NCBI GenBank assembly: GCA_040954595.2
Contig: CM082577.2
Location: 1,302,001 to 1,366,000 of the forward strand
Length of the DNA stretch: 64,000 nucleotides
Origin: Balanoglossus misakiensis
Lineage: Eukaryota > Animalia > Hemichordata
Reading direction: 5' to 3'
In this document: piece after piece, positions 45,238 to 63,561 of the stretch
How the letters are laid out: every line of letters begins with the position of its first letter
Numbering within the stretch: the stretch's first letter is position 1
The notes under the pieces: generated by a model
Database searches by the model: none
What the model saw: the letters and a program-made list of their open reading frames with translations, nothing else
What the model was told of the DNA's origin: nothing
Translations under genes and position numbers: made by a program

Positions 45238-46693
45238 TTAAAGATTGGCCCGATTGGTTGACCCATGTTTCTCTGAAATAACATTCCCATTTACAGTTCA
45301 ACATACTTTCACAAAAACTGGTTCTCTGTAAACACATAAATGTGAGTTTGAGAAAAGTAAAAGTTTCCTTGTTATGCAGAACAGCAAAGTCTTCCTAGTC
45401 ATAAAGATGTGTGATTTGATCAGATTGAAGGTGATCTCAACTTTTGTTTTTTTTTCATCCATGTTTTTTTTTTGTCAGTTATCTTTTTTGGTTCTCAAAG
45501 GAACACAACAGGAAAACTACAGTAAACACAAGGTTTATAGCTAGGGTTAGTCATCTAGCAGCTGGGATCACTGTAGCTTTATAGGGGGACATACATATGC
45601 ACAGTGTGTTGCACATAGCATTGTCCACAGAAAGTTGCTTCAAATCCATGAAGATAGTCTGTTTTCGAACGTTTGAAAAGTGACCCACTTAAGGCTTATG
45701 TGGGGTTTTACACCTGAACAGGCACAAACATAACAGTTATGCCACACTGTAGTTACAAGATTACCTCGAGCTTCAGCACAATAATCACCCCATTCATGAG
45801 AGTTGCAGTGATTCCAGCCAAGTGTGACTGGTGCATGAACAAGAAACTGGATTTTACCTTTTTTGTCACTTTGTTCAAGTGTATGTATTGTTCTATCACT
45901 TCATTTTTTTATGGTTTATCATATAAGGTATGGAAAACCGTGTTCCTTTTTTGTAACAATCATTGCAAAAATTGAAATAAAATTTTTGAGTTCTTTATAT
46001 GAACCAACACAAAAACATGACATTCATGTGTGTTATTTACATTAATGTGTGACAAACAACGTCCTGTAGAAGCAGTTTTGAAATGGGTAGGTTACCCATG
46101 CAGATACTATCTCTGTGGGACACCATTTTTCAAAGCCAGGTCAGGTCTCAGATCTGCGCACAAAGTTTATTTTAGGGGGTGGATCATTGTTTATCTTTGT
46201 GAAATGCCATCCATTTTGATTTCCCAACAACTTGGTGCAGGTTTGGCATTTGGCAACTTAAACTGTCTTACGGCATCATCAAAATTGAATCCTATCGGAA
46301 AACTATTAACGAAACACTAATATTTTACTGGGGATTCGTATCCGATTTTTTCCACGCCGGGATTTCATGTGTTCGTTCGTGACCTATACATAACCTTTGA
46401 ACTCATTTTTCTAAAGCGGTTGGTTCAAAGGTCACTTGATGCAAAGATGGCGGCTACTGAAATGTTGTGTCTCTCCAAAACTTTGCCCCATAAATGAATA
46501 TTGCGTGAAAGACGTTGAAGTCGAAGTGAAGCTGTCAACAACAACTGTGTCCGCATGAATTCGCGACATTTTTTTGTATTTTCCCTACCAAATTTATCAT
46601 TGCTAAGTTATTTACGCGTCGCACGCACACTCTTTTGCTCGACGCAACGTTTACATTACTCTCTGCCGCTCAGTTTTTCTACTGTAATTTAAT

Positions 46694-49600
46694 ATGGCGG
46701 TGGTAAATTGGACTTTGCCTGTCCTGTTACTCGCTGTGTTGCTGCTATGTTCGCCTGTCAACGCCAATCCAAATTCCGGTAAGTATAGAGTTATGGCTTT
46801 TTCGGCAGATTTACCACCCTGGCTGTTGGTCATCCGTTTAGGACCGTTATACTATACATAACGGATTTCATAATTTGATCTTTAAGTAGATTATTGACAT
46901 ACCGTGTCGTGTAATCCAATGCGAAAATGATTCAAGGCCGATACTTCCGTGTTTAAGCTACTGACCAGAAGTATCCGTCGAAAATCGTGAAATTTAATAC
47001 TGTATTGACCATCAGTGTGTAACCTATGCACGCTATCTATGGGCTGTTTGAGCTCCAGACATGAGTCAAGGCCTGCAATCGACCACCCCCTTTGTATTGG
47101 GGTCTGTAATATATGAGAGATTGGTAACATTTTCCTGAAGTGGCTATAATAGTCCTCATCAACCACATTAAAGTTTGATTATTGAATGAGGTTATTACTC
47201 ACTTTCAGATGGGGATTCCCTCAATTATGGAAACAGAGAAGAAAATAGGTTTATTTACGCCGTGATTTCAGGGTCTGTCCTCATAGTTAGCATTAGTATA
47301 ATTGGTTTATGTGGATGGTGTTTTAAACGTGGATTCAAGGTAAGTCGTTCAAATATTTATTTATACCATTCATCCAATATTTCCTTTCATATTCATGTCA
47401 TCCCAGTCTTGGGACAATAGTGTAATTTTTGGAAATTTTAAAAGTAGTTTCACAAAAAAGGACATAAGTGAGTGTTTGTACACATTTGTATTGTTTCTTG
47501 TATATGTCACCAATATAACCATCTACTTATATTAAGGTGATAATAAATAAACAGTAAAGCTCTAATGGTTGGCCATTTGGCATTACACTGTACCAGTATA
47601 AGACCTTTAGCCAGTATAACTTCCCATATGAAACAAAGATAATCTATATAGCGTCAGAAGAGATTATGGTGACTTGGTCCTTTGGAATTTACATCCTACT
47701 AGATTCAACCAACCTTGTTAATGGTTGAATGAAAAACTGCCAGGGTCCTCTCGCAACTGTAAAAGCCACATCTATAATAACTAAGTGTCGCAAACTTTAA
47801 AATCTTTACTCCCTGTAATCTTATAATAATTTTATACCAAAATAATTCCTCAGTTACATTGTAGCTACTAATGGGTATTATTTACTTCTGTAGTAATTGA
47901 CCAAGACCTGCCCAAGAAGTGGCCTCAATTAAGCTGTAGTTTCGAATAGGAATTGTACAGTAGTCAAATATTGATTGATAATGACAAAAACCGTGCAATA
48001 TACTGAAAGCCTTGACCCATATAAGATAGTGTGGATTGAATCAGTTGGCACTAAAAACATCCATTAAGATAATCAAATGTGACAACTCCAGCTTCCTCTC
48101 AATTCCTTCAATTTCCAATTCTTTTTATTTTCATGGTTTTGATGAGTATGTTTAATAAACATGACACAGACACTTTGTTGTCATTGTGTTGTTTCCATGT
48201 ATGAAATACATATTATATTTACTTCAAACATGGAAACAAGTAAGCCATATCATAACGTTCACTGGGTTTAATTACTTGACATTTTCAAAATCTGGGATAA
48301 ACATAATCTGAGATGACAATTCTTATTTGCTCTGGATCCACTCCATTTCTGCACATTTTTCTCTTGTCAGACAAAAACTATTCTATGTGTGTGTCTTTGT
48401 TCATTAGGTGTGTCATTCAGATTATTCATTATAGATCTTGGTATTTCTCTCATCAAAAATTAACCTGAAACTTTAACTGAATGCTGAGTGTATTTAGAGA
48501 GATGACATTTAAAACAAACCCCAAAGTATTTGTGAAGAGACTATTATTGAAAATACCCAATACATGCATAAAGAACCCCAAAGCTAAAAGAATTATATTA
48601 ATGTATTTTCCTAATAAATGCCAGTATAAATTGAAACAAATGGGAAAACTGAGATATTCGAAATAATAATTTTAGGAATTTACTTCACAAAAAATAGTGA
48701 AAAACTAATTGATTGTAGCAATTTCTCATAAAATTTAACACAAAGCACTGTTCAGTACATTGGCTTCATTATTGAAGGATTATTTATTTATAGATGTAAT
48801 GCATATTTTACCTGAGTAGTAATTGAATTCAAGTAAATGCATGAGTGATATATTAAATCGTGGCTTAGGCATGCTCTGATTTATGTTCTGGGATTTGACA
48901 GTGTTTAGCGTAGGTCAAGGAACTTAAGAAAATTGATACTGAACAAAGTAATGTGACTCTGTAATATGGTATATGGTACATGGTTTCCTTGAACAGTTTG
49001 GTATGCTATGCCAGAAACGTTGGTAAAAAGACTGGCAAAAGTTGTGGTAACACTTGACATACTTATAACAAACAAACCATTTTTAAATCTTAAACATTAT
49101 ATCTTTATATTTCTTTTATTAAAAAATAGATCTACTGCTATAAACCAATGGAATTTATTTTCAAGGATGCAATAAATTGTTATTGTTATGAACACATACA
49201 GCCTCAAGAAATAGCAAGCATTTCTGGCAACTGACAGTCCCATGAGTAACAAATGGGTGTCATTGCCCTCATAGCTACCATTTCAGATAAGCAGGCCAGA
49301 ACGTAGGTCAAAAGGGGAATTTTTCACCATGTCCATCGCCATTGTACCAACTTTGAAATAAAATAGTCAATAAAATATTGAGTGAAACACTTGGTGTCAC
49401 TTGAAGCTTGAGTTCTGTCGTGAAACCTTTATTGCGTTAAACAGTAGAGTCTATTTGATTTTGAGGATTTCCTGAAAGATTATTTACGTGACAAATTTTG
49501 TATGTTCTTCTATTGCAGCCGTTTGATGAGCGTGTCTTGACAGATGAGCAAGCACTCAGCAATACTGGTAGTTACATCGATATTGGTGACTTCTCCACAT

Positions 49601-52600
49601 TAAATGTGGACGCGTTATCAGCCGAAGCAGTGACCCAGGTTACCATAGATCCACTGCCCTCTGTACAAATCCAAGACAGCAAAAGAAGTACAGCTGGGTC
49701 GTTATCTACTGTGAGCGGCTCCCTGTCACATCCGCAGATACCGAGAACTCAGCTCAATTATGTAGCCGAGATTGGGGCAGGATGGTTTGGAAAGGTGAGT
49801 TTATCTTCCAACTGCATTTTGTTTGAAATTCTCAGTGGACAGTTATGGTTTTCAAAGCATGTCTTCCGTGTGCAGGTGATAATAATGTTGTATTCAAACT
49901 TCACAAGTCTTAATTTTTTGTTTCCACAACAACAGGTGATGACTGGCGAAGCTATGAAATTGCAGGCGGGATTGAAAAAGACGAAAGTGATCATAAAGCA
50001 ACTGAAAGATGATGCAACATTTGAAGAGAAAAGTCAGTTTCTTCTTGAGGCACAACCATACAGGTACCTGACATACTTGGAAAATATGTTTAGTTTGTTC
50101 TACAGAGTGTCTTATCTTGATTAATTTTTGTCCTGTTGTCAGTGGTTTTGTCAAAGTTGATATCTATTGATAATGTTTTGGGTGTACTTTGTTTCATTTG
50201 AGAAATTCTTTCTTTCTAAGCTTGCTGGAAGACGCTGAATTGATAAAAAATTGGGTGTATCTTGGATGTTGCATTTTTTGTGTGTGTTCTTTTCTTGACA
50301 GGGAATTGAAACATGCCAATATCCTCACCATGGTTGGGCAGTGTACAGATAGTATGCCTTATCTGATTGTACTTGACTTTTGTGCTTTTGTAAGTAAAAC
50401 CTTCAATCATTTGATTTCAGCTGTAGATGGCAGTGTGACTAAAATATTAAGAAATAATTTAAGCCATCCTTTTAGCTTCTGGATTAGAAAATTAAATTAT
50501 GCCATGAAAATACTGCCAATATTAAACTGCTTATTCCATTGGAAAACTATTCAAGTTGAACATGGATTTTCTTGAAAGTAAAACTTTCAGTTTATTCTCT
50601 TCTTTCATACAGGGAGATCTGAAAGGATTTCTTCTGCGCAGAAAATCTGAAGCATCAGTTCTCTCCCAGAGTGGATTATTGATACGGATAGCTTGCGATG
50701 TTTCCAATGGGCTTGAGTATATGCACCGAGCCAGTATGATACACAGGTAAGTGCAACACACATGAAGAATAGGGTAACAAGACGGTTACCCCCTGAACAT
50801 TTGCACAGTCAGTAATCAGGGTTCGGGATTTCCAGTGAGTAAATGTTCAGCTTTTCCTTTTAGCTCTATTCATATATTCATCTTTTTTTCAGTGATTTTG
50901 CTGCAAGAAGCTGTCTGGTTGCTGCAGATATGACAGTAAAAATAGGAGACTATGGCATATCACAACATAGATATAAGGTAAAGCCCCCAACAGATAACCC
51001 TTCATCTATGAGGTCATATTATGTGCCATTTTCATGAGTATGCCAACAGTCAGTATCATAATCATTGTAAATTTAATTCTGCTTTCAATCCGAGAAAGTT
51101 AATACAATTTTCACATCTTTGTTTCTACAGAAAGATTATTACACAACATGTCATGACATCAAGATACCAATTCGATGGATGGCACCAGAGACAGTGGATT
51201 GTCAAGGAGACTGGGTTGCACTCAGACAACCAAATCTGACAAAACCGGCCAATGTTTGGTAAGGAATTGAAGGACTCAGAACTTATCATGGTTTGACTTT
51301 TTTAAAGATATACTGCACTGAACCACTCAAATTTGCATCTTCAACATTGTAACGTTTCTTCGACACCCCTCAGGTCATTTGGTGTCACTCTGTGGGAGGT
51401 ACTGTCATTTGGTAGAATACCCTATGATAGTTTTGATGACACTGCAGTTCTTCAGAAGGTTTTTGTAGACCAGGATCTCAAACTGCAACAGCCATCACTG
51501 GACATTGCCTTTGCTGACAGATGGTAAGTAAAGAAGAAAAATCTCAAGTGGCTTTATAATTGATGTCTTGAATGAACCCTCTGCAAATTAGTTGTTAGAG
51601 CTGGTGGACCTCTAACAGACATAGATTTATTGAGACTTGGTGAGAAATCTTCCTTCTCAGTCTTAGTCCTTTCACCTCCATGGTTTGGTCCAAATTCATT
51701 GTTTTCTATGGTACACCTGGACCTCTAAAGAGGGAACAGGGCTGAAAGGGTTAAATGTCTTCTATCACTGACATGTACTGTCTGTTAATTGTGCCACAAA
51801 GTACATGTACACCCATTGTTACCAATACTGTACATGTAACTGTAGGCTATTCTTCATTCTGTTAGGTACGAGATTATGCAATTTTGTTGGCTGTCCAGCA
51901 CCCAGAGACCCATCATGGCTGAGTTGTCGGCCTTGTTGAAACATCTCCACCAGCAGACCAATGCTTTGGATCAACAGGGTGAATCCTTTGAAGACAGGTG
52001 GAATTCCATTCGTCCCAAGAAATTGTCAAACACCATCAGTAATGGGGGTGTCTCATCTCCTCCTGTTCAGGCACAGGTCGAGTCAGATTTTCTTGCAAAA
52101 CAAACCACACCAAACTCTGTGAATAATAATGACCCATCGAAAGTACTCGTCCCCAATGATACCGGACCTACTGGTGTCCCCAAATTGGGACCTGCCCTGA
52201 ATTCCGGACCCACCCTGAACTCAACCCAAGTTAGCGAGTTTCCAAGAACCAGTACTCCAGCTGTGTCTTCTTCATCAGGAAGTCGTCTCAGCGACAACAG
52301 GACTCCATCGTCAGCTCTGGCCAGCACGAGCTCCAGCATGTACTACTCAGCAAACAGTACTCCAATCGGCAATGATTCAGGATCGGACGTCTTCATGACC
52401 CCGAGAACCACCAGCAGAAGCCCAGCAGAGGAAGAGAAAACACCACAAGCCAGCGTGTCAGCATTATCAGATTTAGGGACACCTATGAGCCCTGCACCAA
52501 ATGATCTTAATCTGAGCCAGTCCAGTGCCTTCAATGAATCTTCCACTATGAGCATTGCACTTTCCGACAGCAGTCAAAGCCAGACTGTGTCACAGCTGGA

Positions 52601-54110
52601 GATGGCAGTCCTTGACAGAACCCCCAACAAAACCCCATCAGACTTTCAGAGCAAGAACCCAAACCAAGATAACAGAGACAGTCAGATTGAGATAACCGCC
52701 GACGTCCACATAGACAGTAACATCCACGCACTTCTCTCAGATTCTTTTGATCTGGATGATTCCATAGCAGATAACCTAACATTTTCTCAGTCGGCTGATG
52801 ACAGTCTTCCTCAGGCATCGACCGAGGTGGTCACAAAGGAAAAGGTATCAACCAGCGTTCTGGAAAGCCCAAAGGAAAAGACTGTCATCATGATGCAGAT
52901 GCCGGAAGAACAGAAAGACTTGCAGGCTTCCAGCGTCGCTCATATGGAATCGGTCATTGTCGAGTCAACGCATCAAGTTCCCCGGATGCAAAACGCCACC
53001 CAGATGATCTTGGAAATGTCAGATGAGGACAATAGCAGCGCAGGTAAAAGCATGAATGAAAAGTCCAGTAGCATGCCTGGAACTAACATTACAGCTCTAA
53101 ACCTTGGCATGGGTGATTCTGATGTGACTATGGCTCTCATGCATGCAGATGATGATGATGATGGTGCTAGTAGTCATACCAAGTCTGTGTCTCAAAGCGA
53201 GGTCCTTCTGAGGCCCGCCAGTCAAGGAGGCCGTACCTTTCAAATCATAGACACTGCCACCGAGCAGGACAGCAGTGTCTCCACTGACACCACCCCTTTG
53301 GTTAAAACAACAGAGATGGAATCCAGCACATCACGCTCGGAGTCATACGACAGTAATGGCGAAGAGGAGGAGGAAGAAAAAGTTACGCTTACACCGAGTG
53401 ATTCACCAACATTTGACAAACAGGTAATATCATATCGATGGTAATGCTCTGTGTGCATATAGGGGTAATCATTTATTTGGTGCCAGTATCCTCATTAAAT
53501 AAGTCACACCATTCCAATTGAAAGTACATGTAATGACATTAATTCATAAGACTGATGAATACCTCACCTCAGAAAATAACATCACTGTGTTGAACATCTT
53601 CGTTTCAGCATAAAGAACATGTCTATGTAGTTATCTCAAAGCTTAACCTACACCTGTATATCAGTACACCATAATAGTTGTAACCTGTAAAGCAATCTCA
53701 CTTATTCCGATGTCTTTCTTGTTGATTGGACTGCTAGGGAGGTGATTACGCTTTGGTGTCTTTTACGGTTGAGGAGAAAAACAAGACAGATTCCAGCGTC
53801 AGCGTTTCTGATGATGAGACCAAACAGGAACCAGCACTACAGAACCATGAACTGAACAGCACAGGTGAGGTGGAATAACTGGCAGAATTCCTGACTTCAG
53901 ACTGGGGTGGTCAGACAAAGCCTTTGATTGTTTTTTTTTATGATAACACAGTCTGGCACAAAGTACAAGTACTGCAATGTTTTTTTCTTCTCAGTGTTCA
54001 AACTCCCTGATTGATACATTGCTGCACTCTGACTGATACAAATCATGTTGTGTCCCTCTCTGATTTCAGAGGTGGCGTCTGATGGAAGCGGCGACGAGAT
54101 GGATCTCTAG
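46694..54110 (+). CDS. AATK: Lemur tyrosine kinase family (AATK/LMTK) membrane kinase, 12 exons, ~976 aa
   Basis: Exons 46694-46778, 47209-47339, 49519-49794, 49936-50063, 50302-50389, 50613-50746, 50893-50977, 51131-51258, 51374-51523, 51866-53423, 53738-53864, 54070-54110 (2931 nt). Signal peptide, TM helix ending WCFKRGFK, LNYVAEIGAGWFGKV, FLLEAQPYR, HSDFAARSC, VKIGDYG, PIRWMAPE, NVWSFGVTLWE, WYEIMQFCW, FEDRWNSIRP, long Ser/acidic tail. The last two small exons are less certain. Confidence 0.9.
51667..51750 (-). mobile_element. piggyBac-like MITE, copy 3, reverse orientation (AATK intron 9)
   Basis: tcctttcac...ggtttggtccaaattcattgttttctatgg...ggacctctaaag...tgaaaggg-TTAA, the reverse complement of the 15361/45152 family. 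Confidence 0.8.
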
Positions 54111-55786
54111 ACCAGCCCTACCAATAGCAATATATGCCACTCTAGAATCCCTGGATCAAAAGTTGCCAGTCATCTGGACAGAAGAATGAATGTGAAGTGA
54201 CCAGACATCGAATCTTACAAACAGCAGTATTATTGTAGATGTTAGAGTACATTGATTATTTTTGAAAGTCATACATTGTAAATTGTATTTGTATGAGTGT
54301 GGTTCATAATTATTTCTCAGTTCTGGGCCATGATTATCCATTGATTTGTCAATCTCCATGGTATAGAAAATCAACTGCACAAAGCAATATCATTTCTTGC
54401 CATTCCATTTCTTTGATTTTTGAAGTTGTGGTTGGGAGGAGAACCAATTCAGTGTGGTTTTCCAATGATTTAATCAGAACATTTTTTTTCGTGCATAAAC
54501 AAATTAATTTATTTGAAAATATGTACTTCGCAATTATGATATATGGATCATCAGTATTTTTATTTTGTGTGCTGAGTTCAAAAGTTTGAATAGTTCTTAA
54601 TCAAGTGGAAGGTGTGGCCTTAATAAGTAGAGGTACGTGCATACAACTGAACACAAATTGGGGTTGAGCAGATGAAATGAAAATAAAATGGTGATTGCTT
54701 GAGTGTAATGTTAGTGTAGATGATACAATCAGAACCTCTTTTTATTTATGTTCAAATTATAACATTGCCAAACCATAAACATATCACACTAAGAGATATT
54801 ACAGAATCGATTAACATATCGTGATATTTGAAGAAAAAAGTTCCCTGATAGGTAAGGAGAAACATTGGAAGAGGGGTTCTCAGAAAACAATGCCTCATTT
54901 TTGGTTCTTGAACGTCTTGATATTGGCAGTACTTATATGCAAATAAGTGGAGCTCAGCAAGAATTGGCTGCAAATTGTTGATTTTACTTTGTCTTTTAGA
55001 ATAGGCCAAGGGCTTATATATTTGGATGTATCCACTTAGCAATATTGTGTTAAGTTTCTCAATATGTACTCAAGGTATTCATAAAGTTTAAGCTGCAAAA
55101 TTTGAAGTGTTTCAGATTGGGGGAATGATCTGTTGAATAACCAACCATGAGGTGAATAAGTTGTGCAAAAGATGATATTTCGTTGCAATAGCCAAGTTTG
55201 ACACTGTGCATCTAGCAGAACTAAATAAGCCTTAACCAAAACACAGGTCCCACCTAAAATACGGTAGGTGTGTTACCCTCTCCTTATTCATCTGGCCCAC
55301 CCTTATTGGGAATAATTGAAAACTTGCTTATCAACTTAGATGCTAGAAGAAAAAACTTCCGACACAGAAGTGTTGAAATATTCAAGATACGGACATTGTT
55401 ATCAGATTTTTCGAAAGTATGCAATATACAGAATCTGAAAAATTGATAGTACGAATTACAGCCAATAGTGCCTTTTTCGGTAGTACAGTACATGTATAAT
55501 GAAAGTGATGCAATATTAAAATGGTAATTAATGCTTTATGTTTGTAAAAACTGTCCAGACCCAACACCCTTGATACTCCACACTGTTGCATTTTAAAAGA
55601 TTTGTTGTAATCATTGATTGATAGAGTTGGAATCACAGTCTACCCTTATCACAGTGTGGTTCAGAATTTCAGTTACAAATGTAATTGTGTATCTGGGCTT
55701 TCGGATTTGGTGTGTTTGAGTTTACCGAGGGTCGGAAATAGACAGATTTTACGTGACATTTTTTGAACAGTTGATAAGTAATAAAA

Positions 55787-55836
55787 CCATAGACACTCTT
55801 GAAAAAAAATAATGTTTTGTTCTTGAGTGTCTGTGG
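55787..55836. repeat. Short hairpin element (CATAGAC...GTCTRTG type)
   Basis: ccatagacactcttgaa...ttcttgagtgtctgtgg. A related hairpin catagaccctggagaaa-ac-tttcttcagggtcttg lies at 57759-57793. Confidence 0.55.
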
Positions 55837-56088
55837 TCATTTTGTGTGAAAAACAGAAACATAGAGCTTTATTCAGATATTGTAAATGAAAGTGATACGC
55901 TTAGATTAATTTCTATTTAATATTGTAAATAGCAAATTTTATATTGTGATTCAGATTTAAAATTCTTAGGATTGTTGTAAAGATAGTTCCAATTTGCTGC
56001 TTTGAGAATATGAATTTTTTTTAAAGTTTCGAAAATACTGAAGTAGATGATGAACATATTTACCGCTGACTTTCTAGTTTTGGTAATT

Positions 56089-56232
56089 TGAATAATCCCT
56101 CCAATAAGGTGATATTGAATAAGTCCCTCCAACTAGGTGATAGTGAATAAGTCCCTCCAATATTGAACCTCCAATACGATAAGAGCAAATAATGCCCTCT
56201 GATACTCTAGTATATGGTGATAGTGAATAGGA
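56089..56232 (+). repeat. Degenerate ~28-bp minisatellite
   Basis: Repeated units like tgaataagtccctccaa(c/t)aggtgata(g/t), about three copies plus decayed ones. Confidence 0.75.
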
Positions 56233-57289
56233 CACCAAAATGGTGCATGAGCAATGACCCTCAAATATTTCATTAAGGTGTTGGTGAAATGAAATGTGGG
56301 TGTGTGTGTGATTTGACATTGAAAATATGGATGTATGCAGTGAATGTGTGTTAAGATGAGGGAGAATATGAAAAAATCCATCCATGAGAGGGCAGGTCAA
56401 AAAAGGCAATGCAAACAGAAATGTATGATTCACAAGGCCAGATTTTTGTACTAGAATTGAAATACGTCCAATTTTCAAGTGTGCTTGCCAGACTTGTGCA
56501 GAGTTGTCAGCTTTGACCCCTGACCTTTTTACGGTACAGACTACGAAATTGTCCTTCTACTCTGCCAAGCTTTGTTTCAAGTTCTACAGAAAAGTGGTAA
56601 ACTTTCAGGCAATCTTGTTGATTCGCAGTTGTTATTTTGCGTACTCTTGACATACTAAAATAAGTATTTAACGAAAAGTTTATCAGTTGAAATCTATAAT
56701 TTATTCAGTTAATTCAGTTGAACAAGTTAATACAGTTTATAGCTTATGATGGTTTTTTGTAACCATGGGGCAACGGATATGCAGTAACAGCAATAAAATG
56801 AAAAATACAAAGTGATTTTGTTTGACGTTTTATTGCACATATTCAAATACAGATCTTGTATTCATCTAATTAATATGCCAAGTGCCAATAAATATATTTA
56901 AATACATTAAAAGTGTTTCCTCAATCGTTACTTGTATGTATATCATTTGTCTTGACAAAAAATTCTAGCAGCAGTGAGAAAAATACACAACTGGCAAGCA
57001 ATACAGAAATGTGAAACTCATAGATGCGCTATTTTCACTTGTATACTGGAAATACCACTCTCTGTTTAGTTTTTTGACAACTACATACACAAGACATGGA
57101 AACTTTTGAAGTACACATCCAAGAAATACTGTTTTAACCACTGTTTGTGGGTTGCATACACATGATTCAAGACCAATCGCTCAAATATCGCTCTTCTATT
57201 CACCAGATTAAATGGCTGTACATGTATACTATTTACACTTTATTCAGTCTGTCACTTCCAAAAGTCCTGTGACAAGAGTCCTTTCGGGA

Positions 57290-61444
<4,155 letters not shown>

Positions 61445-61950
61445 TTATCTTGTTCTGGCTTGGGTGGGTAATCATTCCGGGATCGGGATAAATATCAAGG
61501 CAGACCAGCGTAAAACCCAAAATATAAGGTGAATTGATATAATAAAACCCGAGAAAGCGGTGTCGTTACTCGTACACATACATACTAGTACATTTGAAGC
61601 ATGAATCCGAAAGCGAATCTTAACTCAGTTGGCACAGTGCTAGAGTAGGTGTTATTTGTAGTACATCACTTCAACTAAAGGCTAGTAAATTTATCAATTA
61701 AGTAGTAAAATAATTATTTCATGCATGTATAATTTTAAAAAAATATAGTTGGTTTTTTTAAATTTCTGGCAGCCTTAATGTGATTTAAAGTATGACTTTT
61801 GTTCTAATCTTGGTCTAGATGTTACAGACATTATGTCATTCACACCGACGCATACGATTATTTTACATGAGAAGGACCGACTGTGTTGTTGTGTGATACT
61901 GGTAGATTTATCCGCAAAATAAGCCGCTGAAATACGACAAAGCTGCAGAA

Positions 61951-63561
61951 ATGATGGCAACAGACCACGTTTATGGCACATTAAATGTGACCATACCGAG
62001 TACCGGTGAACACATGGCAGGTAAGATATCGTACAAGTGTGATTTTACAAATTTATTTTTTATCGAGCTGTCTTGATGGAGTGAATGATACATGTAGGGT
62101 ACCGTTTGGTGATAGAGGCCATGTCGAGGAAGCAGGAAGTGTTGAGACTTCATTTTTCGCCGCTGCTCAATTTCTTTAGTATGAAAATCTGCAGTCTGCG
62201 CCTGCAGTAATTTTACCAAAACCATTTCGTACACAATTTGTTATTTTTAAACGTACACCACCAATGTAAACACTCCGACAAAATTACATAATATTCGCAA
62301 AATATCTTTTGTTGACATTGGCAGGAAAGAGGAAGCCAGTTCCGCGGAATTGGACATGCCTTCCACCCACAACATAGCAATATAAATATGTTTAAATATG
62401 AATTTAATATGTTAAGTATGATCTCAACTGGTGTGCTGTCAGGAAGTGATCTTGGCGACAAATATTTTCTGAGATTCATTGACAAAAATTCAGATTTGGT
62501 AGTGTTCTACAGATGGCCATGAACAGTTAGTAATGGCCATCTGTTCAGTCTATGTAACCAGATCTGACAAAGAGCTCTGAATGTGAAATGTTAAAGGCAC
62601 GTAAGCTGTAACTTTTGGGATAATTTTCATAATTTTTGTTTCAAACTGCACTACCATTAGTCCATGCAGATGAAGGCAGTGAACTATGAACAAGCATTAT
62701 AAACCCTAAATATGAGTGCATATGCAAGTTTTAACCAGATAAATAATAAAGCTTTGCCGCAAGCGATTATGGCCGCCACCGTGGGAATATGCAAGAAACA
62801 ATGAAAATGTTGCATTTCCGGTTATGAAACTTCATAAACAAAACATGACCTCATCCACTTGAGCTCATGGAAGTAAATGTACACCACTGAGACATCAGAT
62901 TTTCACTTTTCATTGCAATATTGCACTTTTTTAAAAATTTCAGGAATTTTCGTTTTTCTTTAATTTTTGGCCATTTTGTCATAAATAAGTGTTGAGCTTG
63001 ATATATTATCATGAAATAGCATTTAATAGATATAATTAAAAGCATATATGAGATTATTTAAAACATTGATTTTTTATCCAGTTGCAGCTTACGTGCCTTT
63101 AAGTGAGTATTTTACAAGTTGCAGTGCATTTGAGTGAGCGAATTGCTGTCAGGAATAGAATTTTAAAAAATGTATTATATTTTGTTGCCAAGGATGCTGA
63201 TGATCATGCAGAATGTATCAGTGTTCGCAATTTGATGGGAACATGCAACACAGATGCAGGATGTGTAACTGTTACAAAGTCTTCATAGAAAGCTAGATAT
63301 AGCCAATTAGAATCCATCTTAGGGTACATCATGCGTGGCAGGGCTGTCTCACATCGCCGTAAGACACAGCCCTGCCACACAGAGCAGCTAATCATGGTAC
63401 CGTGTTACCGACACACGCACAAATGTAGAGACAGGGTCTCCAGATTATCTGCATTTGTACTCCGTTGTATTGTATTCCTCTTTACAGATCTAACTCCTGA
63501 AGAAGAAGAGCTTCTGGTTGAAATAAGAAAAAAGAAAGAACAACTGATGAGAGAAATTCAG
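61951..63561 (+). CDS. CYTH: Cytohesin (Arf-GEF, ARNO/Steppke family), 5' part only; gene continues beyond the window
   Basis: Exon 63488-63561 encodes DLTPEEEELLVEIRKKKEQLMREIQ|gtaagt, matching the cytohesin N-terminal coiled-coil exon. Putative first exon 61951-62020 (MMATDHVYGTLNVTIPSTGEHMA, alternative ATG at 62014) ends G|gtaaga in the matching phase. Confidence 0.75.
62595..63098. mobile_element. 504-bp non-autonomous DNA transposon, TTAA TSD, Kolobok-like termini (cytohesin intron 1)
   Basis: TTAA-AGGCACGTAAGCTGTAACT ... AGTTGCAGCTTACGTGCCT-TTAA (19-bp TIR, 1 mismatch). Confidence 0.85.

Noticed and set aside
53738-53770. LVSF in the AATK tail as a PP1-binding RVxF motif
   Set aside because: It lacks the preceding basic residue (YALVSF), so it cannot be supported.
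56089-56232. Repeat array considered as CRISPR-like
   Set aside because: Head-to-tail degenerate units without unique spacers, in a eukaryotic context with no cas genes. It is a minisatellite.
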